A stretch of 20,461 bases of DNA, taken from contig JBBIJD010000025.1 of the NCBI GenBank assembly GCA_037446135.1, positions 1,909 to 22,369 of the forward strand, written 5' to 3'. Below the pieces are notes generated by a model. That model made no database searches and was not told the DNA's origin. It saw only the letters and a list, made by a program, of their open reading frames with translations. This DNA comes from Candidatus Fraserbacteria bacterium. Its GTDB lineage: Bacteria > Bipolaricaulota > Bipolaricaulia > RBG-16-55-9 > JANLFV01. The translations under genes were made by a program, and so were the position numbers. Shown here one piece after another: positions 1 through 7,156 of this stretch. Position 1 is the stretch's first letter, and each line of letters starts with the position of its first letter.

Positions 1-53
1 TTGGGGCCACGGGATTTTGAGTCCCGCGCGTCTGCCAGTTCCGCCACCTTGGC
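1..53 (-). tRNA. tRNA-Leu(CAA), 5' portion; 3' end lies beyond the left window edge
   Basis: Reverse complement reads GCCAAGGTGGCGGAACTGGCAGACGCGCGGGACTCAAAATCCCGTGGCCCCAA. It shows the Leu-type D arm (TGGCGGAACTGGCAGACGC), an anticodon stem CGGGA/TCCCG with loop CT-CAA-AA (anticodon at 17-19), then the start of a long variable arm. Confidence 0.95.
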
Positions 54-63
54 CCAGCTCTTG

Positions 64-91
64 ATTATACCCTCCTTCGCCGAGCCGTCAA
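64..91 (-). promoter_or_regulatory. sigma70-type promoter for tRNA-Leu
   Basis: Minus strand TTGACG (91-86), 16-bp spacer, perfect TATAAT (69-64), 10 nt upstream of the tRNA 5' end. Confidence 0.8.
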
Positions 92-147
92 CCCTAGCGA
101 TGCAAACGATGATCGGCTAAAATGGTAGTCAAGGTCCAAGAATTTGG

Positions 148-167
148 TGGTAAGATTGAGGTGGAGG
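148..167 (+). promoter_or_regulatory. Possible extended -10 promoter and RBS for the 176..604 gene
   Basis: TGgTAAGAT at 148-156, GGAGG at 163-167, ATG at 176. No convincing -35. Confidence 0.4.
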
Positions 168-175
168 CTGAAGCC

Positions 176-604
176 ATGGAAGAGAATCTAGTCGAGCTCG
201 CACGGCTGGCCTACGGTGAGCATATTGTCCGTTGCAATGAAGAGGCGCCGGAGAGGGTCGCTCCCCTCCTGATGCTGGATGGGGAGGAGGCACGGGCCCG
301 GAAGTGGCTGGCCTTCGCTAAGGCCAAGCGGACCGGGGATAAGCAAGCTGTGAGGGGGCTGCTTGTCTACCTTTACAGCAATTACTCCGGCCCATTGGAT
401 CGCACAAAGAAGCGCTGGCTGATCGGCAAGATCGACCGGGGTGAGATCACCTTGAGGAATCTGACCTTCGAGATGCTCCAAGGGACCCATCTCGAGTGGC
501 GTTACATCAAGAAGCTCGTGGGGAAAGAGATCAACTCGACCAGGGAGAAGCGCCGGATCAAGGAGATCTATGAGCAGATGGAACTCGCTCCGGCGGAGGT
601 TTGA
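176..604 (+). CDS. Hypothetical basic/helical protein (~142 aa), partner of the downstream ZAS protein
   Basis: ORF track 122..604. Start moved to ATG 176 because GGAGG lies 8 nt upstream. No family recognised; 'AKRTGDKQAVRGLLVYLY' loosely recalls the N-terminal helix of ECF sigma factors. Confidence 0.7.
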   Translation: MEENLVELARLAYGEHIVRCNEEAPERVAPLLMLDGEEARARKWLAFAKAKRTGDKQAVRGLLVYLYSNYSGPLDRTKKRWLIGKIDRGEITLRNLTFEMLQGTHLEWRYIKKLVGKEINSTREKRRIKEIYEQMELAPAEV

Positions 605-608
605 AGAG

Positions 609-1082
609 ATGGATGAGGAGTTCTTCCGCGATCTCTTCCGTAAGCCCGCGGAGGTGGAGTATAGCTTCCACCCTTCAGAGCGGGTCTTGCGAGCCTATCT
701 CAGCGGGGCATTAGGGGACGAGTGGCACCTCGACCGAGAATCCCTCCCCAAGCTCCGCCGGGCCGACCTCAACGGGGACTGGGGGCTATCGGAGGTCTCA
801 TTGCATCTCCTGACTTGTAGCCACTGCGCAGCGCGGGCGGCCCAGCTCCGCAAAGAGGAGGTAGCTTCCTTCGAGAAGGAGGCTCGGGCCGAGCGGGGCC
901 TCCTCTCGTGGCTCCGGGCCTGGGTGAAAGGTCGGAGAGGAAAAGCGCGGCTAGCGGAACAGCCCGTTGGGATCAGTATCCCGGGACTCCTGCCTGTGAT
1001 CCTCGATCCCTCTATGGGGCTATCGATCCTCTCCTCAGTCCACCTGAGCCTGTTCCAGCAGAGGCTGCACAGCGGGCTCTAA
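609..1082 (+). CDS. Zinc-binding anti-sigma (ZAS/zf-HC2)-like protein (~157 aa)
   Basis: GGAGGT at 595-600 then ATG 609. 'HPSERVLRAYLSGAL...EVSLHLLTCSHCAARAAQLR' matches the H..L.aYl.G.L...HL..C..C pattern of zf-HC2 domains. Confidence 0.7.
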   Translation: MDEEFFRDLFRKPAEVEYSFHPSERVLRAYLSGALGDEWHLDRESLPKLRRADLNGDWGLSEVSLHLLTCSHCAARAAQLRKEEVASFEKEARAERGLLSWLRAWVKGRRGKARLAEQPVGISIPGLLPVILDPSMGLSILSSVHLSLFQQRLHSGL

Positions 1083-1926
1083 TAGCCTGAGTCAGCCGGT
1101 CGAACTCCTCGAGCGAGAGGCTCTCCCCGCGCCTTTTGGGCTCGATCCCCGCCTCAATTAAGGCCAGGGCCGCAGCCCCCTCTTCCAGGGCCAGGAAGGG
1201 CGAACGGATCAGGGCCTGCTTGATCGTCTTCCTTCGAAGGTTGAAGGCCGCTCGGACGACCCTCGAGAAGAGTTCCGCGTCAGCCTCGATTCGCGGTTGA
1301 GCTAGGAAAGTCAGCTTTATGAGCGCGGAATCGACCTCCGGCGGTGGAAAGAAGACGGTCCGCGGGACCTTGGCGATGAGCTCTACATCGGCGACCACCT
1401 GGAGCTGAACCCCCAGGGCCGAGGCCCGCGGCCCCGGCGGGGCGATGAGCCGCTCAGCCAATTCCTGCTGGACCATCAGGACCGCTAGGGTGAGCTGCTG
1501 CCAGTTTGCCATCAACTTCTCCAGGATCGGCGAAGTGATCTGATAAGGGAGGTTCCCGACGACCTTGGTCTGGGGTAACGCGGAATGTGCGATCAGCTCG
1601 GCCAGGTCGAGCTCGAGGAAGTCCCGCTGGCATATCTCAATGTTAGTGAAACCACTTGCGGCCACATTTGCCCGGAGGAGCTGGACTAGCTTAGGGTCGA
1701 CCTCCACGGTGATGACCTTCCCGACTCGGGCAGCCAAGGCCAGGGTGAGCGTCCCCAAGCCCGCACCCGGCTCAATGACCAAATCGTTAAGAGAGAGCTC
1801 AGCGGCCGAGAGGATCTTATGGAGGATATTCTCATCGCACAGGAAGTGCTGGCCGAGGCTCTTCTTCAGCCTCAAGCCGTGCTCCTGGAGCAGCCTCGCG
1901 ATCGTGCTCGGTGAGGTCAGGCTCAT
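1012..1926 (-). CDS. rsmA: 16S rRNA m6,6A dimethyltransferase RsmA/KsgA
   Basis: KKSLGQHFL, IEPGAGLGTLT (SAM binding), VVGNLPYQITSP, FFPPPEVDSA, AFNLRRKT, RRGESLSLEEF. Confidence 0.97.
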   Translation of the reverse strand: MSLTSPSTIARLLQEHGLRLKKSLGQHFLCDENILHKILSAAELSLNDLVIEPGAGLGTLTLALAARVGKVITVEVDPKLVQLLRANVAASGFTNIEICQRDFLELDLAELIAHSALPQTKVVGNLPYQITSPILEKLMANWQQLTLAVLMVQQELAERLIAPPGPRASALGVQLQVVADVELIAKVPRTVFFPPPEVDSALIKLTFLAQPRIEADAELFSRVVRAAFNLRRKTIKQALIRSPFLALEEGAAALALIEAGIEPKRRGESLSLEEFDRLTQAIRARCAASAGTGSGGLRRGSIAP

Positions 1927-2046
1927 CTTGCAAGACTCTGCAAGGTAGAGATCTCGGACAGCTTCCTAGCTGACGACCTGAGTTTAGGATAGAATTCTGA
2001 GCAGCACAAGAGTGGCCTAGAGTATATCGCGGGAGGAGGGGGACTT

Positions 2047-2784
2047 ATGGAAGAGTGCTTGCCCTGTGTGGACTTCTCCCAGTTCTTGCCCGAAGGGAAA
2101 GCGATCGAAGCATTAGCCGAGAAAGACGGATCTCTTAAGCTCTTCATCGCGAATTGGCTTAAGAGCATTAAGTGTGTGAAAAGAGTCTATAGAGAGGCTA
2201 CATTGCCGAAGGAGGACAATTATAGAGACGATCTTGAGCAACTCCTGTCCTTTAGGGTATTGCGAAGCGCCATGTCTCCGGATTTGCTTGTCCAGCTTGA
2301 TCTTGATAGGAGGGATTTCTGGATTGCGCTCGAACTCAAGAACTGCAATAACCATCTTGGCCTCTTGGAGGCATACGATTCTATCCTATCTTACTTCATC
2401 GACTATGTAGCACTCGGAGCCGGCTACGAAGTAGAAGGTCATGAGGTTCTGATCGATGTATTCGCGGTTGCTACGAACTACTCTCCCCTCGGGTATTTGT
2501 TCAAAGGAGAGGCGCGATATGATCCGGATATGATTCGGAGGTGGAAGGCATACCCGGCCACTGCTACTTATGGTCGCGTCCTATTCCATCAGAGGAGCAG
2601 GATTCGGCAGACGCTTGACACTCTTATCGAGCTTCCTAAAGGGACTAGGCTCTTGTCCAAGGATGTCCATCTTGGTAATCGCCCTATGCCCCACCTCGGC
2701 GTGCTCTACTGTTACCCAGGCAGGAAGGGAGCGCAACTCCTCTATTCCGACCCCCAGCGTGGATACCGTGCCCATCTCAGATGA
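2047..2784 (+). CDS. Hypothetical protein with putative PD-(D/E)xK nuclease fold (245 aa)
   Basis: GGAGGAGG RBS. Helix 'LKLFIANWLKS', then 'VKRVYRE', then 'SPDLLVQLD...WIALELK' give the PD...ExK arrangement. AT-richer than neighbours (25/60 GC at 2161-2220). Confidence 0.65.
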   Translation: MEECLPCVDFSQFLPEGKAIEALAEKDGSLKLFIANWLKSIKCVKRVYREATLPKEDNYRDDLEQLLSFRVLRSAMSPDLLVQLDLDRRDFWIALELKNCNNHLGLLEAYDSILSYFIDYVALGAGYEVEGHEVLIDVFAVATNYSPLGYLFKGEARYDPDMIRRWKAYPATATYGRVLFHQRSRIRQTLDTLIELPKGTRLLSKDVHLGNRPMPHLGVLYCYPGRKGAQLLYSDPQRGYRAHLR

Positions 2785-2826
2785 GGTTTGAGCGACCCTA
2801 GCCCTTCGAAACCGGCTAGCATTCTC

Positions 2827-3372
2827 TTAGTATTCGATCCCCTTCCTCGCCTTAATCCCACGATCATAGGGGTGCTTAATCTTCTTAACCTCGGTGACGA
2901 GGTCGGCGACGGCCTCGAGTTCAGGAAGCCGCTTGTGGCTCCCAGTCAAGATGATCTCCGTCTGGGGGGCCTTTTGCTCCAAGAGCTCCAGGATATCGGT
3001 GGTGGCCAAGATCCCGAGCGAGGCGGCATAGAGGATCTCATCCAAGATCACCAGGTCATACTCTCCTGAGGAGATGGCCCTCCTCGATGCTTCGAGTGCC
3101 TTCCTCCCGACCTCCTTCTGCTCCGCCGTCGGCTCGCCCCTGATCCAGTCAGAGATCCCGAACTGCTCATAAGAAAAGCGCTCGAACCGGCGGAGGGCGA
3201 TCAGCTCGCCGTATTCCTGGAAGCCGGACTTGCTCCCGCCCTTGAAGAATTGGATCAGATGGACTCGATAGCCATGGCCTAAGGCCCGCAATGCCGTCCC
3301 CAAGGCCGCGGTCGTCTTCCCCTTCCCATCCCCCCAGTAGAGGCTGACCAGCCCCAGCTCACCCTTCGGCAT
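2827..3372 (-). CDS. cobO: Cob(I)yrinic acid a,c-diamide/cob(I)alamin adenosyltransferase, BtuR/CobO/CobA family (~181 aa)
   Basis: YWGDGKGKTTAALG, IQFFKG, YDLVILDEI, ADLVTEVKKIKHPYDRGIKARKGIEY. Start placed at MPKGELG (3372), overlapping the ATPase stop. Confidence 0.93.
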   Translation of the reverse strand: MPKGELGLVSLYWGDGKGKTTAALGTALRALGHGYRVHLIQFFKGGSKSGFQEYGELIALRRFERFSYEQFGISDWIRGEPTAEQKEVGRKALEASRRAISSGEYDLVILDEILYAASLGILATTDILELLEQKAPQTEIILTGSHKRLPELEAVADLVTEVKKIKHPYDRGIKARKGIEY

Positions 3373-4186
3373 CTTCTCTCTCCTTTGGGCCTGAGCTTGT
3401 GAGCACTTTCCGGATCTGAGGGAGGAGCTGGATCTGGGGCGTGCCGGTCCAGTGGCTTCTCTCAACGGCCACCTCGACCCCGAAGGCCTCTTTAATCCTC
3501 TCGGGTGTGAGGACCTCCTCCGGCTTACCGAGGGCCAGGAGCCGCCCACAGTGCAAGAGCGCCATCCAGTCCGCGTAGTGGGCCGCGAGGTTCAGGTCGT
3601 GGAGGGCCATGATCACCGTCAGGCCCGCTCGGGCCCGCTCGCGGATGATCTCCATGATCTCGAGCTGGTAGTTGATATCGAGGTGGGTCGTCGGCTCATC
3701 GAGGAGGAGGGCCTTCGGCTCCTGGGCTAGGGCTATAGCCAGGAAGGCCCGCTGCCGCTCACCGCCGGAGAGGGTGGAGATCCTCCGTTCCGCGAACTCT
3801 GCGATATGAGTCAGCTCCAGCGCCCGTCTGACAGCCTCACGGCCCTTTGGGCCAAGCCGTTCGAGCCGCCCGAGATGCGGGAGCCTCCCGAGTTCGACCA
3901 GCTCCCTCACGGTAAAGTCGAACCCCACCTGTCGCTCTTGCTCTACCGCTCCGAGGAGGCGTGCCAGCTCTCGAGGGGTGAACTCCCCTAGCGCCTTGAA
4001 GTCCAGGTAGATCGCTCCCGAGGCCGGCTTCAAGATCCCAGCGATGTTGCGGAGGAGTGTCGACTTCCCGCTCCCGTTCGGCCCGACCAGCGCGAGGATC
4101 TCCCCATCTTCCAGATCGAGAGAGAGCCCCTCCAGGACCGGGCGGCTATCATAGGCAAAGGTCAGGCCTTCGAGTGAGATCCTCAT
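3359..4186 (-). CDS. ABC transporter ATP-binding subunit, cobalamin/iron-chelate family (BtuD/FepC-like)
   Basis: Walker A GPNGSGKST, signature LSGGERQR, Walker B LLLDEPTTHLD, H-loop LHDLNLA. Confidence 0.93.
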   Translation of the reverse strand: MRISLEGLTFAYDSRPVLEGLSLDLEDGEILALVGPNGSGKSTLLRNIAGILKPASGAIYLDFKALGEFTPRELARLLGAVEQERQVGFDFTVRELVELGRLPHLGRLERLGPKGREAVRRALELTHIAEFAERRISTLSGGERQRAFLAIALAQEPKALLLDEPTTHLDINYQLEIMEIIRERARAGLTVIMALHDLNLAAHYADWMALLHCGRLLALGKPEEVLTPERIKEAFGVEVAVERSHWTGTPQIQLLPQIRKVLTSSGPKEREDAEG

Positions 4187-5175
4187 CTCATCTCACCTCC
4201 GGGCCGGGTGCGCAGGAGGTAAAGGAAGAAGGGGGCTCCCACAAGAGCGGTGATGATCCCTAGGGGGAGTTCGGCCGGGCGGAGGACGGTCCGGGCGGCC
4301 GCGTCGGCCCAGATCAGGAAGATCCCGCCGGCCAAGGCCGAGGCGGGGAGGAGAAAGCGATGGTCCGGCCCCAGGATGAGTCTCACGATGTGAGGCGTGA
4401 TCAGGCCGACGAACCCGATCGTCCCGGCGAAGGCGACCGCCGTGGAGGTGAGGAGGGTCGTCACGGCCAGGAGGACTCGCTTGAACCGCTCCGGCTCGAG
4501 CCCGAGGTGCTGGGCTCCCTCCTCTCCCAAGGCCAGGGCGTTCAGCTCGCGGGCCCGGAGCAGGAGCACGATCATCCCTAGGAAAGCCACCGGGAGGAGC
4601 GCCCAAAGATATGACCAGCTCGCCCGCCCGAGGCTCCCCATCGCCCAGAAGAGGATCTCGCTCAGGCGGCGATCACCGGCTGTGAGGAAGATGATGAAGC
4701 TAGTGATGGAAGCGAAGGCCGCGCCCAGGGCCACGCCGGCGAGGATCAGGCTAAAAGGGGAGGTCCCTCTTGCCCTCTTGGCCAGGCGGTAGACGAGCGA
4801 GGCGGCCAAAAGTCCCCCGAGGAAGGCCCCTAAAGGGAGGGTCAGCGGCCCGCTCCATCCGAGGGAGATCACGATCGCCGCGCCAGTGGTGGCCCCGCCA
4901 GCGATCCCTAGGATGTAAGGATCAGCCAGGGGATTCCGAAAGAGGCCCTGAAGGGTAGCCCCGGCCAAGGCCAGAGCCAGACCGATGGCGAAGCCCAAGA
5001 GGGCCCTGGGGAGCCGGATCTCCCGGACGATCGCGCTCTGGAGGCTCCCGTCCGGGCGGAAGATCAGCGCCAAGCTCTTCCCCAAGGGGATGGTCACCGC
5101 GCCGACGGCCGTTGCCCCGAGGAGGCTCGCGAGGGCTAAGCCGGCCAGGATGACGAAGATCAGGCCCTTACTCAT
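4183..5175 (-). CDS. FecCD/BtuC-family permease (~330 aa)
   Basis: IRLPRALL, LQGLFRNPLADPYILG, LNALALGEEGAQHLG, GTIGFVGLITPH, ELPLGIITALVGAPFFLYLL. Start placed at MSKGLIF (5175). Confidence 0.93.
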   Translation of the reverse strand: MSKGLIFVILAGLALASLLGATAVGAVTIPLGKSLALIFRPDGSLQSAIVREIRLPRALLGFAIGLALALAGATLQGLFRNPLADPYILGIAGGATTGAAIVISLGWSGPLTLPLGAFLGGLLAASLVYRLAKRARGTSPFSLILAGVALGAAFASITSFIIFLTAGDRRLSEILFWAMGSLGRASWSYLWALLPVAFLGMIVLLLRARELNALALGEEGAQHLGLEPERFKRVLLAVTTLLTSTAVAFAGTIGFVGLITPHIVRLILGPDHRFLLPASALAGGIFLIWADAAARTVLRPAELPLGIITALVGAPFFLYLLRTRPGGEMR

Positions 5176-6049
5176 GCTCACCGAGGGCCTCCGGATGGAG
5201 GAGCTCGGCGATCTCCCGGAGCGCTTGAGCGACGCGGGTCGAAGTGACCGCCGAGGCCTTGATCCCATGGATTCTCCTCTCGCGGACGGCCGCAATTCCC
5301 GCGAGGAGCCTGCTCTGGTAGATATTCTCCACCTGAGCCGGATCGGTGAAGATCACCTGAGGATCACGAGCAAGGAGCCCCTCTAGGCTCACCTGGGGGA
5401 AGCCACTGACATCGGCGAAGACATTCATTCCGCCGGCTCGGAAGAGCAGCTCATTCTCAATTGAGCCCGAGCCGGCAACATAAGGAGGGGTATCGGGAGC
5501 CATCATGTAGAGGAAGGCCGCGCGGACCGGCTCCCTCCCCAGGACCCTGCTCTCGATGAGGATGACCTCCTCAGCGATCTTGCCGATCAGGGCTTCAGCC
5601 TCTTCCAGGTTCCCTACGGCCTTCCCGACGGTCCGGATCGTGGCGAAGATATCGGGTAGGCTGGCGATGAACCCGGTGGTCAGGACCGTAAGCTTCAGCT
5701 CCTCGAGCTTGTCCCGGACCGCGCCCCAGGCCCCCAAGACCAGGTCCGGCTCGAGGGCTAAGATCGCCTCCACACCTGGAGAGAAGGCCGGTCCGACCCG
5801 AGGGAGACCGGCCACCTCCGGGGGATTATCGGGGGAGTCCGCGACCCCGACGAGCCGATCTCCTGCGCCAATATCCAGGAGGACTTCAACATAGAGGGCC
5901 CCAATTGCGACGATCCTCTCCGGCCGGGCGGGGATAATGATCTCCTGCCCGCGGTCGTCCACGACCGTTAAAGGGAACGCTTGAGCCAGGGCCAGCGAGA
6001 CGAGCAAGCCGCCCAAGATGGCGAACAGCAGCACCCGCGCAAATCTCAT
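5168..6049 (-). CDS. Substrate-binding protein, BtuF/TroA-like (~293 aa)
   Basis: Signal peptide ending ALAQA, FPLTVVDDRG, PERIVAI, EAILALEPDLV, AGGMNVF, VSLEGLLARDPQVI. GGAGGT precedes ATG 6049. B12 specificity is inferred from the linked cobO. Confidence 0.88.
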   Translation of the reverse strand: MRFARVLLFAILGGLLVSLALAQAFPLTVVDDRGQEIIIPARPERIVAIGALYVEVLLDIGAGDRLVGVADSPDNPPEVAGLPRVGPAFSPGVEAILALEPDLVLGAWGAVRDKLEELKLTVLTTGFIASLPDIFATIRTVGKAVGNLEEAEALIGKIAEEVILIESRVLGREPVRAAFLYMMAPDTPPYVAGSGSIENELLFRAGGMNVFADVSGFPQVSLEGLLARDPQVIFTDPAQVENIYQSRLLAGIAAVRERRIHGIKASAVTSTRVAQALREIAELLHPEALGEHE

Positions 6050-6090
6050 GAGCACCACCTCCCAGCGGGATGGATTATCCCATCAGGAGG

Positions 6091-6119
6091 ATTTTATCCC
6101 CGCCCCTAGCTCCTGTCAA
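6091..6119 (-). promoter_or_regulatory. sigma70 promoter of the btuF-C-D-cobO-like operon
   Basis: Minus strand TTGACA (6119-6114), 17-bp spacer, TAAAAT (6096-6091). Confidence 0.75.
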
Positions 6120-6131
6120 GTCGAGTCCAGC

Positions 6132-7043
6132 TCAGAGGTCCAGTCCCTTTGACGAGGGAGGGAAGAGGTTCTCCTGCCAGAGCTTGGCCTGGGCCGGGCT
6201 CGGCCTGATCGCCCTGGTGAGGGTGAGGAGAGCGATCGCCAGGGCGAAGACGGCCGTGGTGATGAGGGACCCTTCCGGGCCGAACTCCCCGCCGCTCAGG
6301 AGCTCCGGGCCCATGACCTCAGGGTAGAAGAGGCCCCTACTGAAATTAAGCCCGCTTACTGGGAGGGAGAGGCTGACTTGAAAGAGATTCCAAGAGAGAT
6401 GGAGCCCGATCGGGAGCCAGAGGGCCCTAGTCTTGAGATAGCCGAGCGCGAGGAGGAGCCCCGCCAGGCCGATGTTGATCGACCCGATCAGGCTGAAGTG
6501 GGGATTAAAGCGGTGGAGGAGGCTGAAGCCGATCGAGATGATGAAGAGCGCGGGGTAGACCCCTAGCCCCTCGATCAGCGTCTGGAAGGGGTAGCCGTGG
6601 AAGAGGGTCTCCTCGAAGGCCGCGGCCAAGAGGAAGCCGAAAAAAAGGAGCCCTAGCTCCGGCCAGGACGGTCCCCTCCAGGAGAGCCTGATCGTCCCTA
6701 AGAGGCCGCTCGCCGCGAGAAAGAGCCCGCCCATCCCGAGCCCGATGGCTACTCCAATGAGGAGCTCTCTCACCCAGCGGGCCTTGAAGCTCAGTCCGAG
6801 CGAGGCGAATGGCCGGCGATCGATGTAGCGGACCATGAACCAGGAGGCGAGGAGGAGCGGGAGGAAGAGATAGCCATCGAGGAGGAGACCCCGTGGATCA
6901 CTGGAATCGAGGGCCTCGAGCCCTGGGAAGAGGGCCAAGGGGAGCGAGCTGCTCGCCGCCAAGAGGAGATAAGTGAGGGCGAGGAAGAGCAAGATCCGCC
7001 AGCCCGATCGCATCCGCCGCGCATTGAAGAAGATGCTCCGCAT
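6132..7043 (-). CDS. CPBP/CAAX (Abi-like) intramembrane metalloprotease (~303 aa)
   Basis: Multiple TM segments; EETLFHG, FSLLH, ALWLPIGLHLSWN, LSGGEFGPEGS. Start placed at MRSIFF (7043). Confidence 0.9.
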   Translation of the reverse strand: MRSIFFNARRMRSGWRILLFLALTYLLLAASSSLPLALFPGLEALDSSDPRGLLLDGYLFLPLLLASWFMVRYIDRRPFASLGLSFKARWVRELLIGVAIGLGMGGLFLAASGLLGTIRLSWRGPSWPELGLLFFGFLLAAAFEETLFHGYPFQTLIEGLGVYPALFIISIGFSLLHRFNPHFSLIGSINIGLAGLLLALGYLKTRALWLPIGLHLSWNLFQVSLSLPVSGLNFSRGLFYPEVMGPELLSGGEFGPEGSLITTAVFALAIALLTLTRAIRPSPAQAKLWQENLFPPSSKGLDL

Positions 7044-7085
7044 CCTCTTCAAGATACCTTTTCCCCCAAGCTGCGGCAACCCCCT

Positions 7086-7115
7086 TTGCCAGCACCCCTC
7101 ATCTTGCCCTATGCT
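7086..7115 (+). promoter_or_regulatory. Possible sigma70 promoter for the PurH-like gene
   Basis: TTGCCA (7086-7091), 18-bp spacer, TATGCT (7110-7115) in the divergent intergenic region. Confidence 0.35.
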
Positions 7116-7156
7116 GGGCCGACAAGACGAGCAGGAGCAGACTGGAGGTGAGCGGC

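Noticed and set aside
1..53. tRNA-Leu as integration site for the adjacent genes
   Set aside because: The window lies on the tRNA's 5' side; integrations normally occur at the 3' end, and no integrase or att duplication is visible.
2798..2819. Hairpin CTAGCC-N10-GGCTAG between convergent genes as a terminator
   Set aside because: Only a 6-bp stem, a long loop and no clear U-tract on either strand.
6132..7043. CPBP/'Abi' protein as an abortive-infection defence gene
   Set aside because: The Abi label of this family is historical; its motifs indicate an ordinary intramembrane protease, and there is no defence context.
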